Of a stretch of DNA of 64,000 nucleotides, positions 10,610 through 19,740 are shown piece by piece. The DNA comes from Spirochaetota bacterium (GTDB lineage: Bacteria > Spirochaetota > UBA4802 > UBA5550). Position 1 is the first letter of the stretch. Each line of letters opens with the position of its first letter. The stretch lies in assembly GCA_963664815.2 (NCBI GenBank), contig CAXXHB010000003.1, forward strand, positions 736,001 to 800,000. Direction: 5' to 3'. The position numbers and the translations under genes were made by a program. The notes under the pieces are model-generated. The model ran no database searches. It saw nothing but the letters and a program-made list of their open reading frames with translations, and was not told the origin of the DNA.

Positions 10610-11374
10610 ATGAAACGTTTGCTGTTTGGCTATAAGCGGCATATTTTGCCGGTACCCTGGGGTCTTTTCAGGAAAATGGCATCTGCCAAAGCCGGAAAAA
10701 ACAGACGGGCTTTCGGCAGACTCGATGATGAACATCGCATGGTGCATCACTTTGTGGTTCGCGAGCTGCCGGGATTTGCAAGGCCGATGGGGCCTGAATA
10801 TGTTGCCGGTATGCTGGGTATGGATCTGGGCCGGGTGGAAACAATAATGGACAACCTGGAACGCCGCAAGGTGTTTTTATACCGCCCCGGCGGGAGGGAT
10901 GTCGAATGGGCATACCCGGTGACCGTGGTGCCAACCCCGCATCGTGTTGAGTTTTCCACCGGTGAGACCATCTGGGCAGCCTGAGGGACAGATGCAGTTG
11001 CAACGCCCTTCGTGCAAGGACGCTTACGTAGTGAACCACTGACTTTCAATATCAGGACAGAGTGTGCATGCTGCGGACGGGAAATCCGGTTCTGTATGAA
11101 CAGCGATTTAACCTTTACCCTGGAAGACGAAACTTCTGACCCGGTATTCTTTGTGCCGATGATCGATCTGACCAAACTCAAGGCGCCGAGTATTATTAAT
11201 GATTTTTGAATGAAGTCTGTATTCTTCTGGTCAGAAGAACATGCAGGAAATCACCGGAAAAAGTATGGAGGGAAAAGCGGTTTATATCTTACCCTCGAGC
11301 AAAACGCATTCCTGGCTCCACTGGCGCAGGAAGTGCCCTTTGAGTTTAACCGCTGTCCCATGGGTGATAAATGA
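10610..11374 (+). CDS. MerB-like (organomercurial lyase family) probable selenoprotein, 254 aa, UGA read through at codons 125 and 200
   Basis: Track ORFs 10610-10984 and 11012-11209 and the unlisted 11210-11374 share one frame; AYPVT..PTPHRV, WAA-U-GTD, TECACCG and NDF-U-MKSVFFWSEEHA match MerB C96xxD99, C117 and C159 contexts. Confidence 0.85.
11217..11246 (+). promoter_or_regulatory. bacterial SECIS-like hairpin after the second UGA
   Basis: CTGTA-TTCTTCT-GGTC-AGAAGAA-ca-TGCAG; G-led apical loop begins 20 nt after UGA 11207-09. Confidence 0.7.
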
Positions 11375-11389
11375 ACACTTAAATTTCAG

Positions 11390-11426
11390 AGCTGCCCTCC
11401 GGTTTTTGCATTACAGGAGGGCAGCT
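11390..11426. terminator. hairpin after the merB-like gene
   Basis: AGCTGCCCTCC / GGAGGGCAGCT 11-bp stem, 15 nt after the stop at 11374. Confidence 0.65.
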
Positions 11427-11429
11427 GGA

Positions 11430-11618
11430 TCAAATATGAAATTTATTGGTCGCTGTTCCGTGAAGGAGAATCAGTGGTCTGCTGCTTCTGTTTCCGATGA
11501 AGGTTTCACCCAGGACTGTATCAACGCTGATGAAACGCCGTTGAACAGGCCACTTTTCAAGGATTACGGTATAGTAAGCAAGTATATCCTCTTTCCCTTT
11601 TTTACTTCTGTATATCAT
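11430..11618 (-). pseudogene. truncated alpha/beta hydrolase (N-terminal 62 aa only)
   Basis: MIYRSKKGK..YY..L.KWPV....VDT.LGETF...PLILLHG is a typical carboxylesterase-type N-terminus; ends before any GxSxG; overlaps the upstream HTH gene. Confidence 0.7.
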
Positions 11619-12042
11619 GTTCTTCCAGCCCGTTAAAAAGCTGCAGCATAGCGGCTACAGATGAAACATCGCCCCTGAATATGAAGCGCCCATGTCTCTC
11701 CTTCTCGTAGTAGGCAAATTCGAACCTGACGCCGGTTCCCTGGCCCAAGCTGTTAAGCGCTGCTATAATTGAATTCGAGATAGAAGATGCCCTGCTGAAG
11801 TCAGCCTTAAGGTCAATATGGGCATATGCGGCTGTGCCGCTGCTCCCGGCGCCTATGGTTTCATCCGGATCGAAGAGATCCTTCTCCCCCTCCATGAATC
11901 GGCTCAGAGCGTCACCTGTGACCCTCCACTCCCTGCCGACCTTCACTGCGCCAAGCCTTCCCTCGCGGATAAACCTCTGGACTGTTTTGATGTGCAGTCC
12001 GCATAATTCTGAAATCTCCTGTGCTGAATAATATTTTTCCAT
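11602..12042 (-). CDS. excisionase-like (HTH_17/BldC-type) DNA-binding regulator with C-terminal domain
   Basis: YYSAQEISELCGLHIKTVQRFIREGRLGAVKVGREWRV; ATG 12042 preferred over 12144. Confidence 0.85.
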   Translation of the reverse strand: MEKYYSAQEISELCGLHIKTVQRFIREGRLGAVKVGREWRVTGDALSRFMEGEKDLFDPDETIGAGSSGTAAYAHIDLKADFSRASSISNSIIAALNSLGQGTGVRFEFAYYEKERHGRFIFRGDVSSVAAMLQLFNGLEEHDIQK

Positions 12043-12050
12043 TTGCTGAC

Positions 12051-12107
12051 CTTTGTAATATATAGTATTAATAAGTAACAATAGGTAATAAGGGGTAATT
12101 TTGTCAA
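12051..12107 (-). promoter_or_regulatory. promoter with five 10-bp-periodic direct repeats
   Basis: TTGACA (minus strand, 12107-02) followed by GTAA/GTAT cores on + at 12055, 12065, 12075, 12085 and 12095. Confidence 0.65.
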
Positions 12108-12191
12108 GAAAAAATTTACTTAAATGTGGAGTATTGTCCACCATGGGGTATCATAGATTTAATCTCCTGAATCAGAGTGGATTCGGAATTG

Positions 12192-13370
12192 CTAATCTAT
12201 GATAGACAGATTGTTTTTAGAAATTTGAGTATCTCTGTAAGTCGTGGGTGTCATACCTATGATTTTCCTGAAAGCGGAATTAAATGTAGTCTTGGAATTA
12301 AATCCTGATCTGAATGCTATAGAAAGAATATTTGCATCTTTATTGGCGGGGTCACTTAATATATTTATCGCTTCCTGAACTCTGTATTCGTTGATGAAAG
12401 TATAAAAATTTTTATTCAGGAGATTGTTGATCACCATTGAGAGATGATGTATAGGAATATCAGTCTCTAAAGATAGATCCCTTATTGTGAGATCTTCATT
12501 CAGATAAGGTTTATTATTAATCATAAACAGTTTTAATTTATCGAGATATTCATTATGTTTATTAATATCAATGTTTTGTTTGCTGTATTTATTTGTTTCG
12601 GATACTATTTGTGGATTGTCAATTTCCACATTCATAACAAGATTTTGCTTAAATATTTCAGGCTGATTTATAATATAATAGATAGTTATAAAAAATATTA
12701 TTATAAATAACAGTATATTTATAATAAAAGCAAGCGGTTCAATTATGTTGATTATTTTAAATGCAGACAGCCAGAATCCGATACACCAGTAAATAAGTGA
12801 AACTAAAAGCAGAGTGGTTAATAAAAACAACCAGTTAAAGCTAATTTGTTCAATATCAGAATAGTAATTTTCAATCTTCCTGTTATATTTTTTTATTATA
12901 ATTAAAAGTGTGTAAAAAATATAACAGCTGGAATTAATTAAACCCACTCCAAGAAGAAAAACGAAATATGTCTGCAATTTGCCGGATGCTGCTATTTTAA
13001 AATTGTAGTGGAGTGTTGAAATCAGAAAAATAATCAGGATTATAAAAAATACTATAAAATGCAGTAAGTGAACAGGTTTAAATCTGTCAGTGAGCCCTGT
13101 TATAAATATTGCATAAAAATATATAAACACACCCGCAACCGAAATACCTGGTACGGAAAAAAATGTAAGATAAAATGCAATTGTTTTATAATCCATTATA
13201 TGGAGATAGTGGGTAAAATGAGTTGATGCAATGATAAGAATAAATAATGCGAGATTAATATTTGCTTTTTTATTTTTTTTCATGAAGAGAAGGATAAATA
13301 TTAAAACTATTGATATAGAGAATACAAAAATGAAAAGGAAATTATACACCGGCCAGATATAGCTCTCCAT
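12192..13370 (-). CDS. membrane-anchored AraC-family regulator
   Basis: Multiple N-terminal TMs; KPYLNEDLTI, NFYTFINEYRV, IAFRSGFNSKTTFNSAFRKIIGMTPTTYR. Confidence 0.92.
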   Translation of the reverse strand: MESYIWPVYNFLFIFVFSISIVLIFILLFMKKNKKANINLALFILIIASTHFTHYLHIMDYKTIAFYLTFFSVPGISVAGVFIYFYAIFITGLTDRFKPVHLLHFIVFFIILIIFLISTLHYNFKIAASGKLQTYFVFLLGVGLINSSCYIFYTLLIIIKKYNRKIENYYSDIEQISFNWLFLLTTLLLVSLIYWCIGFWLSAFKIINIIEPLAFIINILLFIIIFFITIYYIINQPEIFKQNLVMNVEIDNPQIVSETNKYSKQNIDINKHNEYLDKLKLFMINNKPYLNEDLTIRDLSLETDIPIHHLSMVINNLLNKNFYTFINEYRVQEAINILSDPANKDANILSIAFRSGFNSKTTFNSAFRKIIGMTPTTYRDTQISKNNLSIID

Positions 13371-13578
13371 TATATACCTCTTGATCAATAATAACAAAAT
13401 AAAATAATTTTAAACAAATTATTCTTTTAATTCATTAACCCGGTTAAGTACAGCAATTAATTTTTTATTTCAAACGCTTATGAGTGCGTCCTTTTAAGTT
13501 CGTTCGACAAAGGATACAATTTCAATTATAATCTGTATGTTTTAAAGATACATTATTTATAAACATACAGGTTAAAAA

Positions 13579-16500
13579 ATGAACATAGCAAAACTCGCAA
13601 TCAATAGGCCGATATTGATTTCATCAATAGTGGCTTTAATACTGATACTGGGATTGATCTCATATCATAAAATAGGAATGGAACTTTTACCGGATATGAC
13701 ATTCCCGACTTTAGGTGTAACAACTATTTATAAAGGTGCTTCACCTGAAGAGATTGAGCAGCTTATAACAAAACCTCTGGAAGATCAGCTGGGTACACTG
13801 TCAGGATTAAAACATTTAAGTTCGCAAAACATCGAGGGTCTCTCAATAATTACTCTTGAGTTTAACATGGAGGTCAACATTGATGTTGCTTCACAGGATG
13901 TCAGGGATAAGATTAATGTTGCCAAAAATAATCTGCCTGATGATCTTGAAGATGATCCGCTTGTTGAAAAATTTGATCCGGATTCAAATCCTGTAATGAG
14001 AATTGCTCTTATCTCTGATCAATCTCCTTCGGAAATATATGATATTGCAAAAGAGATAATAAAACCACAAATTGAACGGATTCAGGATGTAGGGAGTGTT
14101 AAGATCATCGGAGGAACCCGCAGGGAAATACAGGTTGAAATTGACCAGAACAGACTTAATGAATACCAGATCCCTATGATTCAGGTTGTAAACCAGATAA
14201 AAAGTTCCGGGAAAAACATTCCTGTAGGGAAAAAAGAAAATGGCCTGAACCAGACTTTGTTCAGGTCAATGGGTGAGTTCAACAGCCTTAAGCTGATAGA
14301 AGATACAATGATTTCATTTTCGGGAGATATCGGTAATTCAGTTTCTGTCAGGACATTTGGAGCAGTAAAAGATGGAGTTGAGGATGCTGCAAGTAAAGGA
14401 TATATTTATTATCCGTCACATACCCGTGATTCATCCATTAAAGATAAAAAGGTTTCGAGTTTATACCTCGATATAATCAGGCAGACTGGTACAAATACGG
14501 TTAAAGTTACAGCGCGGGTTAAAGACAACCTGGCGGGTATAAATGAAAATCTGAAAAAACGGTATACCAATTCAAAAGTTGAAATTATTACAGATCAGTC
14601 AAGGTGGGTAAAAATAAACGTAGACGAAGCTGTTTTCTCCATAGAACTCGGCATCTTACTTGCTGTTTTAGTTGTTTACCTGTTTTTAGGCAACATCAGA
14701 TCTACCATAATAACTGCAATAGCAATACCGAACAGTCTTCTTGGCGCAGTTATACTGATGAATACAATGGGATATACCTTTAACGTAATGACTCTGATGG
14801 CACTCTCCCTTGTCGTCGGTCTTCTCGTTGATGATGCGATTGTTGTAAGGGAAAATATTTTCCGTAAACTGGAGAACGGCGATGATTCCTTTACAGCGGC
14901 TGAACATGGAACTACCGAGGTAATGCTTGCTGTTATTGCAACGACCCTGGCAATACTGTCTGTATTTTTTCCAATTGGAATGCTCAGCGGTGTAATAGGC
15001 AAGCTGTTTAAACAGTTCGGATTCACTGTTATTTTTGCACTGGTAGTCAGTCTTTTTGATGCTCTTACAGTAGCTCCTTTCCTGAGTGCTTATTTCGCAG
15101 GTGATGGTAAAAAAGCGGATAATATATTCATAAGAGGTTTTGAAAAATTTCAGGATAAAATGGATAAGATTTATATAAAAATTATGGGGGTGTGTTTAAA
15201 TCATCCTTTAATGATTATCCTGATTACTCTGTTTATTTTTATAACCAGCCTGGGTCTTCTCCCTTTTGTAAAAAAAACATTCATGCCATCTACTGATATG
15301 GGGGAGTTCGGTATAAATATTGATATGCCTGCAGGGTCAAGCATTGATGGGACTGAAGATACTCTTAACAGTATTATTGAAAAAATTAAAAACATCCCGG
15401 ATATTGCTTATCTGGGCGTTACCGCAGGTACGGCAAATGGTGAGATTACTAAGGGCGATATTTTTTGCGCTTTAAAAAAAGATCGTAAAAGCAGTACCGA
15501 TGAAAATAAAGAAAAAATTCGGATTATTCTGAAAGAGTTTGCCTATGCAAGGCCAACTGTAAACAATACTGTCGGAGGGCCTCCCGGCGCGCCCTATTCT
15601 CTGGTTCTTTCCGGGAATGATCTTAAAGTGGTAGAAGAATATGCGGCGAAAATAATGGAGAAGGTGAAGAGCATACCTGATCTGATTGATGTGGATTCCA
15701 CTCTGAAGAAAGGTAGTCCTGAGCTTAGAATAGTTTACAATCCAGAAAAGATGATGTCGGTGGGGGCGTCAAATATTGCATCTGGCACTGAACTGAGATA
15801 TAATATTGAAGGTGAGGTTGTCGGGCAATACCGGGAAAAAAATATTGATTACGATATCCGGGCAAGGCTTAAACCGTCGCAAAGGGATCTGAAAAAGACT
15901 TTTAATGAGACAAGAATCCCTAATAAGAATAACCGCCTGATCCCTCTTAACCTGGTCGCTGAAAACAAACTGACCACAGGTTACACAAAAATATTCAGAG
16001 AGGACAGAGAGTATATAGTGAAAATAACAGCTAACCTGAACAAAAATGGCGCTGTAGGAAATGCTATGGAGCAGACAAGAATGATTATTAAAGAAGTATC
16101 ATTGCCCTCAAGTCTCAGATACAGGTTCAGCGGTCAGTCCGAAACGTTTTCTGAAACGGCATCAAGCGTTATTTTTGCCCTGATAATGGCTATTGTATTC
16201 ATCTATCTCATACTTTCAAGTCTTTATGAATCCTTTGTTACACCTGTAACAATTCTACTTGCCATACCTCCGGCACTTACAGGAGCTTTCTTTGCCCTTT
16301 TTTTGTCCGGATTCATGCTTGATATGTATAGCATGATTGGACTTGTTATGTTAATGGGACTTGTAACAAAAAATTCCATATTGCTGGTTGATAATATAAT
16401 GCATGGTGTTAATTCCGGACTCGGTAGAAAAGAAGCTATTCTCCAGGCAGGGGAAAGAAGGCTGAGGCCAATTCTGATGACAACATTTGCCATGATTGCG

Positions 16501-16686
16501 GGGATGTTTCCGCTTGCAATCGGTTTTGGTGAAGCAGCGCAAATGAGGCAGTCGATGGGAATATCTATTCTGGGGGGGGTAATAATTTCAACTCTTATCA
16601 CTCTTATCGTTGTGCCGGCAGTGTTTGAATATGTTGATAGATTCAGGGTTGCAACTGAAAGCCGGATACTCGTAAGAAGAAAATAA
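13579..16686 (+). CDS. RND efflux transporter permease (AcrB/AcrD/AcrF family)
   Basis: 1035 aa; GLLVDDAIVV, KNSILLV and RLRPILMT proton-relay motifs. Confidence 0.95.
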   Translation: MNIAKLAINRPILISSIVALILILGLISYHKIGMELLPDMTFPTLGVTTIYKGASPEEIEQLITKPLEDQLGTLSGLKHLSSQNIEGLSIITLEFNMEVNIDVASQDVRDKINVAKNNLPDDLEDDPLVEKFDPDSNPVMRIALISDQSPSEIYDIAKEIIKPQIERIQDVGSVKIIGGTRREIQVEIDQNRLNEYQIPMIQVVNQIKSSGKNIPVGKKENGLNQTLFRSMGEFNSLKLIEDTMISFSGDIGNSVSVRTFGAVKDGVEDAASKGYIYYPSHTRDSSIKDKKVSSLYLDIIRQTGTNTVKVTARVKDNLAGINENLKKRYTNSKVEIITDQSRWVKINVDEAVFSIELGILLAVLVVYLFLGNIRSTIITAIAIPNSLLGAVILMNTMGYTFNVMTLMALSLVVGLLVDDAIVVRENIFRKLENGDDSFTAAEHGTTEVMLAVIATTLAILSVFFPIGMLSGVIGKLFKQFGFTVIFALVVSLFDALTVAPFLSAYFAGDGKKADNIFIRGFEKFQDKMDKIYIKIMGVCLNHPLMIILITLFIFITSLGLLPFVKKTFMPSTDMGEFGINIDMPAGSSIDGTEDTLNSIIEKIKNIPDIAYLGVTAGTANGEITKGDIFCALKKDRKSSTDENKEKIRIILKEFAYARPTVNNTVGGPPGAPYSLVLSGNDLKVVEEYAAKIMEKVKSIPDLIDVDSTLKKGSPELRIVYNPEKMMSVGASNIASGTELRYNIEGEVVGQYREKNIDYDIRARLKPSQRDLKKTFNETRIPNKNNRLIPLNLVAENKLTTGYTKIFREDREYIVKITANLNKNGAVGNAMEQTRMIIKEVSLPSSLRYRFSGQSETFSETASSVIFALIMAIVFIYLILSSLYESFVTPVTILLAIPPALTGAFFALFLSGFMLDMYSMIGLVMLMGLVTKNSILLVDNIMHGVNSGLGRKEAILQAGERRLRPILMTTFAMIAGMFPLAIGFGEAAQMRQSMGISILGGVIISTLITLIVVPAVFEYVDRFRVATESRILVRRK

Positions 16687-16713
16687 AAATAAATACCGGC
16701 AACAGGAATTAAT

Positions 16714-17373
16714 ATGGTAACCAGAGAAAAAATAATAAAAGCTGCTGTCCATGTTTTTGCCGGGGAAGGTTTTCACGGCGCAAGAATGGAGAATATTGCC
16801 AGATACGGGCATATGAATAAAGCTATGATATATTATTTTTATCAAGGCAAAGAGGAATTATACATTGAAACAGTAAAGTTCATATATAAAAATATTCTGG
16901 AAAATATTTTTATATATGAGTTATCTCCGGCAAATAACAAGGTTGAGTATTTTAGTATTCTTAATTCTGGAATTTGTAAGCTTATAACATTTTTTAAAAG
17001 TAATACTGATTATTTAAATATAATTATTGATGCAACAGTCAGCAGAAACAGTAAAGTTTACGAAGCAGTAAAATATGTCAATGAAACAGATAATGAGAAA
17101 AAAATTGAAAGACTGATAAATTTTCTTGAGAGTGGAAAGTCTTCCGGATTTTTAAATAATATCAGTATAGCAATATTAATTGTCAATATTTTTGGAATTA
17201 TTATCCTAAACTTATTTCCGGATTATATTAATAAGAATTTTAAGATCAGTGAGCAAAACAATGACATGCTGATAATATCGGAATATGAGCATATCATAGA
17301 CATTTTACTGAATCAAATACAGGAAGGCTTTTTTAATGCAGAACAAAATCCGGCAGCCATTGAATATGGCTGA
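16714..17373 (+). CDS. TetR/AcrR-family regulator
   Basis: REKIIKAAVHVFAGEGFHGARMENIA...NKAMIYYFYQGKEELY. Confidence 0.9.
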   Translation: MVTREKIIKAAVHVFAGEGFHGARMENIARYGHMNKAMIYYFYQGKEELYIETVKFIYKNILENIFIYELSPANNKVEYFSILNSGICKLITFFKSNTDYLNIIIDATVSRNSKVYEAVKYVNETDNEKKIERLINFLESGKSSGFLNNISIAILIVNIFGIIILNLFPDYINKNFKISEQNNDMLIISEYEHIIDILLNQIQEGFFNAEQNPAAIEYG

Positions 17374-17462
17374 TTAGAAGCAGTTTTTTAACTTCAGATC
17401 CGTAAATTCATGGCTATAAAGTGTAGTTGACAATGTATGTGCATGTTCCTGTTAATTACAGC

Positions 17463-18419
17463 TTATCTTGGTTTGCCGAAATAACAGGGGAATACTTCGT
17501 TTCCTGCAGATTTTGTTATATTGAAAAAGCCCGTACCATCAATGCCGATCCTGTAGATATCACATATGCCGGTTCCGCTATAATTACAATGAAATATTAT
17601 CTCATCTCCACCCGGTGAAACAGAAGGCCTGAAATTGCCTGCCGCGACAGACAATTCACCTGTCAGCAGACCCTGGTAACTGCCATCAAGCATAACAACA
17701 TATACATCCTGTCTGGTGGCAGATTGAACACAAAAAATCTTTTTCCCGTCAGGGGTCCATGTGGGCCACCAGTATCTGTATGATGCGTTTGTGTTGTTTG
17801 TAATGTTAGCAGGGATTGTACTGCTGCCATCGGAATTAATAATATAAATATTCCTGTAACTATTATACATCGAACTGAATGCAATCATGCTTCCGTCAGG
17901 AGACCATGATGGGTCCATTTCAGACGTGTCTACACCCAGGCTTGTAAGCTGCGTTACGTTTCCTCCATCGCTATCCATAAGGTAAAGCTCATAAAAACCT
18001 GTACGGTTTGAATAAAAAACTATCCGTTTACCGTCCGGTGACCAGGTGGGGCCATCGTCAATAGTGCTGTTGTCTGTCAGTTGTACAAGGTTGCTCCCGT
18101 CAGGATTAATTGCATAGATGTCTCTGTTGCCGCTCCGGTCCGATGAAAAAAGAATTCTGCTGCCGTCGGATGACCATGAATGAGAATAGTCAATCCAGTT
18201 CCCGGATGTTATCTGCTTTTCGTTGCTTCCATCATCATCAATAACAAACAGGTTGTAATAAGACCCGTTAACCTGCCTGGCAAAAACCAGCAGGTTATTA
18301 TTGTATTCTCTGGAGCATGACAATATGAAAAAAAGCGAAGTTATTATTATAACCGGCACTATTATTTTTTTCTGAATAATGCCCCCGGCGGCAGCTGTTT
18401 TTAATTCATAGGTTTCCAT
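17463..18419 (-). CDS. TolB-like PD40 beta-propeller lipoprotein
   Basis: Lipobox LSC; repeated P-W-SPDG-x-I-F-S ... IY..N.DGS. Confidence 0.88.
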   Translation of the reverse strand: METYELKTAAAGGIIQKKIIVPVIIITSLFFILSCSREYNNNLLVFARQVNGSYYNLFVIDDDGSNEKQITSGNWIDYSHSWSSDGSRILFSSDRSGNRDIYAINPDGSNLVQLTDNSTIDDGPTWSPDGKRIVFYSNRTGFYELYLMDSDGGNVTQLTSLGVDTSEMDPSWSPDGSMIAFSSMYNSYRNIYIINSDGSSTIPANITNNTNASYRYWWPTWTPDGKKIFCVQSATRQDVYVVMLDGSYQGLLTGELSVAAGNFRPSVSPGGDEIIFHCNYSGTGICDIYRIGIDGTGFFNITKSAGNEVFPCYFGKPR

Positions 18420-18632
18420 TAAATCTTATTTTCCATTTATACGCTATTATATAATATACCCTGCCGGATTAATCCGGTAGAACGATTCTGCTTAACAGCC
18501 TGAATCGGATGACAGCACTTTATTCTTATCAATTATAGCGGATATATTATTTGCTGTCCGGCAAAATTCTGATATATCAGAATTTTGCCGGTCGGTATGG
18601 TATGTTTGTACGGCTGTGTTACTGGTGTGTTT

Positions 18633-19658
18633 TTATTTTTTCTTTTTTTTCAAATCTGCAAACATTGCAATATTTGCAGCTTCATACTTATATCTGCCGT
18701 TTTCAATTCCTTTGACTATCTCAACGACTTTATCATTGTATGGAGTCGGAACTTTATATTTTCTTCCATATTCACAAACAACGCCGTTTATAGCGTCAAT
18801 TTCGCATTTTTTACCTTTTTCCAGATCCTGAAGCATGCTTGCTTTTAATTTTGCATGGGCTTTGATTGCAATTGGTATAATGAAGGATGAAAACTTTTTC
18901 TTCAGAAAATTATTGTAATCGAGAAGTCTGACAATATCTTTCCCCTGTACCGGTTCAATTTTTATTCCGGCAGCGCGTGATACATCAATGCACTCCTTCA
19001 TAATCGCCTGCGCGCATTCCCTTGATGCCTTTTCCTTTGCAACCACTCCAAATGTTTCGCCGAGAACCGTTGACATTCCGCTGCAGGCGGCATTAATCAA
19101 TAACTTGGACCAGCGGACACCCATAAAATTCTTTTCAACCTCCACCGGGCACATAAGCTCCAGAATTCTTTTTACCTCAGTCAATTTATCATCTATAATT
19201 CCATTCATCCTCCCAAGACTGAAAGTCAGGCTCTCCGGCTGTGAGGTAAGCTCAGATATTCCCGGGCCAGTAAGCGTGGCCCCCCATGCAACGGCGCAAC
19301 CCATAACCCTCTCTTCGCCTACAACATCGGCTACTGAAAGCTCCGGGAGTCCGTTCTGAAGCGTGCATATAATTCCATCACTCTGCAGGTAGGGTTTCAG
19401 ACTCTCAACAACCCCCCTGTTGTCAAGCTGCTTGGTCAGAAGAAAGATCAGGTCGTACTTTCCTCTCATCTCATCCGGCGTAAGTGCATTCACAGGAACA
19501 GTGAAACTGACAGTTCCTGTTATCTGCGCCCCGTTTTTTTTCAAAGCGCTGATATGCTCCGCATATTGATCGATAAGATCAACCTGTCCTCCGGATCTGG
19601 AGATATATGCTCCCAGAACTGTACCCATTGAACCTGATCCGAAAATAGCTGTTCTCAT
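18633..19658 (-). CDS. ketopantoate reductase (PanE/ApbA) family oxidoreductase
   Basis: GSGSMG Rossmann motif, LQNG, WSKLLIN, SMLQDL...EIDAINGVV. Confidence 0.9.
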   Translation of the reverse strand: MRTAIFGSGSMGTVLGAYISRSGGQVDLIDQYAEHISALKKNGAQITGTVSFTVPVNALTPDEMRGKYDLIFLLTKQLDNRGVVESLKPYLQSDGIICTLQNGLPELSVADVVGEERVMGCAVAWGATLTGPGISELTSQPESLTFSLGRMNGIIDDKLTEVKRILELMCPVEVEKNFMGVRWSKLLINAACSGMSTVLGETFGVVAKEKASRECAQAIMKECIDVSRAAGIKIEPVQGKDIVRLLDYNNFLKKKFSSFIIPIAIKAHAKLKASMLQDLEKGKKCEIDAINGVVCEYGRKYKVPTPYNDKVVEIVKGIENGRYKYEAANIAMFADLKKKKK

Positions 19659-19697
19659 TTTAATTTCTCCTTATTATGCTGATAGTCAGCACTGATT

Positions 19698-19722
19698 GTC
19701 ATTCCCGCGAAGGCGGGAATCC
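19698..19722. repeat. REP-like palindrome GTCATTCCCGCGAAGGCGGGAATCC
   Basis: ATTCCCGC-GAAG-GCGGGAAT stem-loop lying between two co-oriented genes. Confidence 0.7.
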
Positions 19723-19740
19723 TTTTTTTACGATATAAAG

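Noticed and set aside
10610-11374. Alternative genetic code (UGA=Trp/Gly) explaining the read-through
   Set aside because: Many full-length genes here end in TGA (e.g. 10306, 23490, 33030), TGG is used for Trp, and the two UGAs align to Cys, not Trp or Gly
11372-11374. Third UGA as another selenocysteine
   Set aside because: Lies beyond the MerB-like domain end and is followed by a terminator-type hairpin; best read as the true stop
11241-11636. 131-aa ORF on + in the ORF track
   Set aside because: Out of frame with and overlapping the merB-like C-terminus, runs through the terminator and lies antisense to the hydrolase remnant; no motif
11602-12042. Excisionase indicating a prophage or ICE
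   Set aside because: No integrase, att site or phage genes; the fused C-terminal domain and hydrolase linkage fit a regulator
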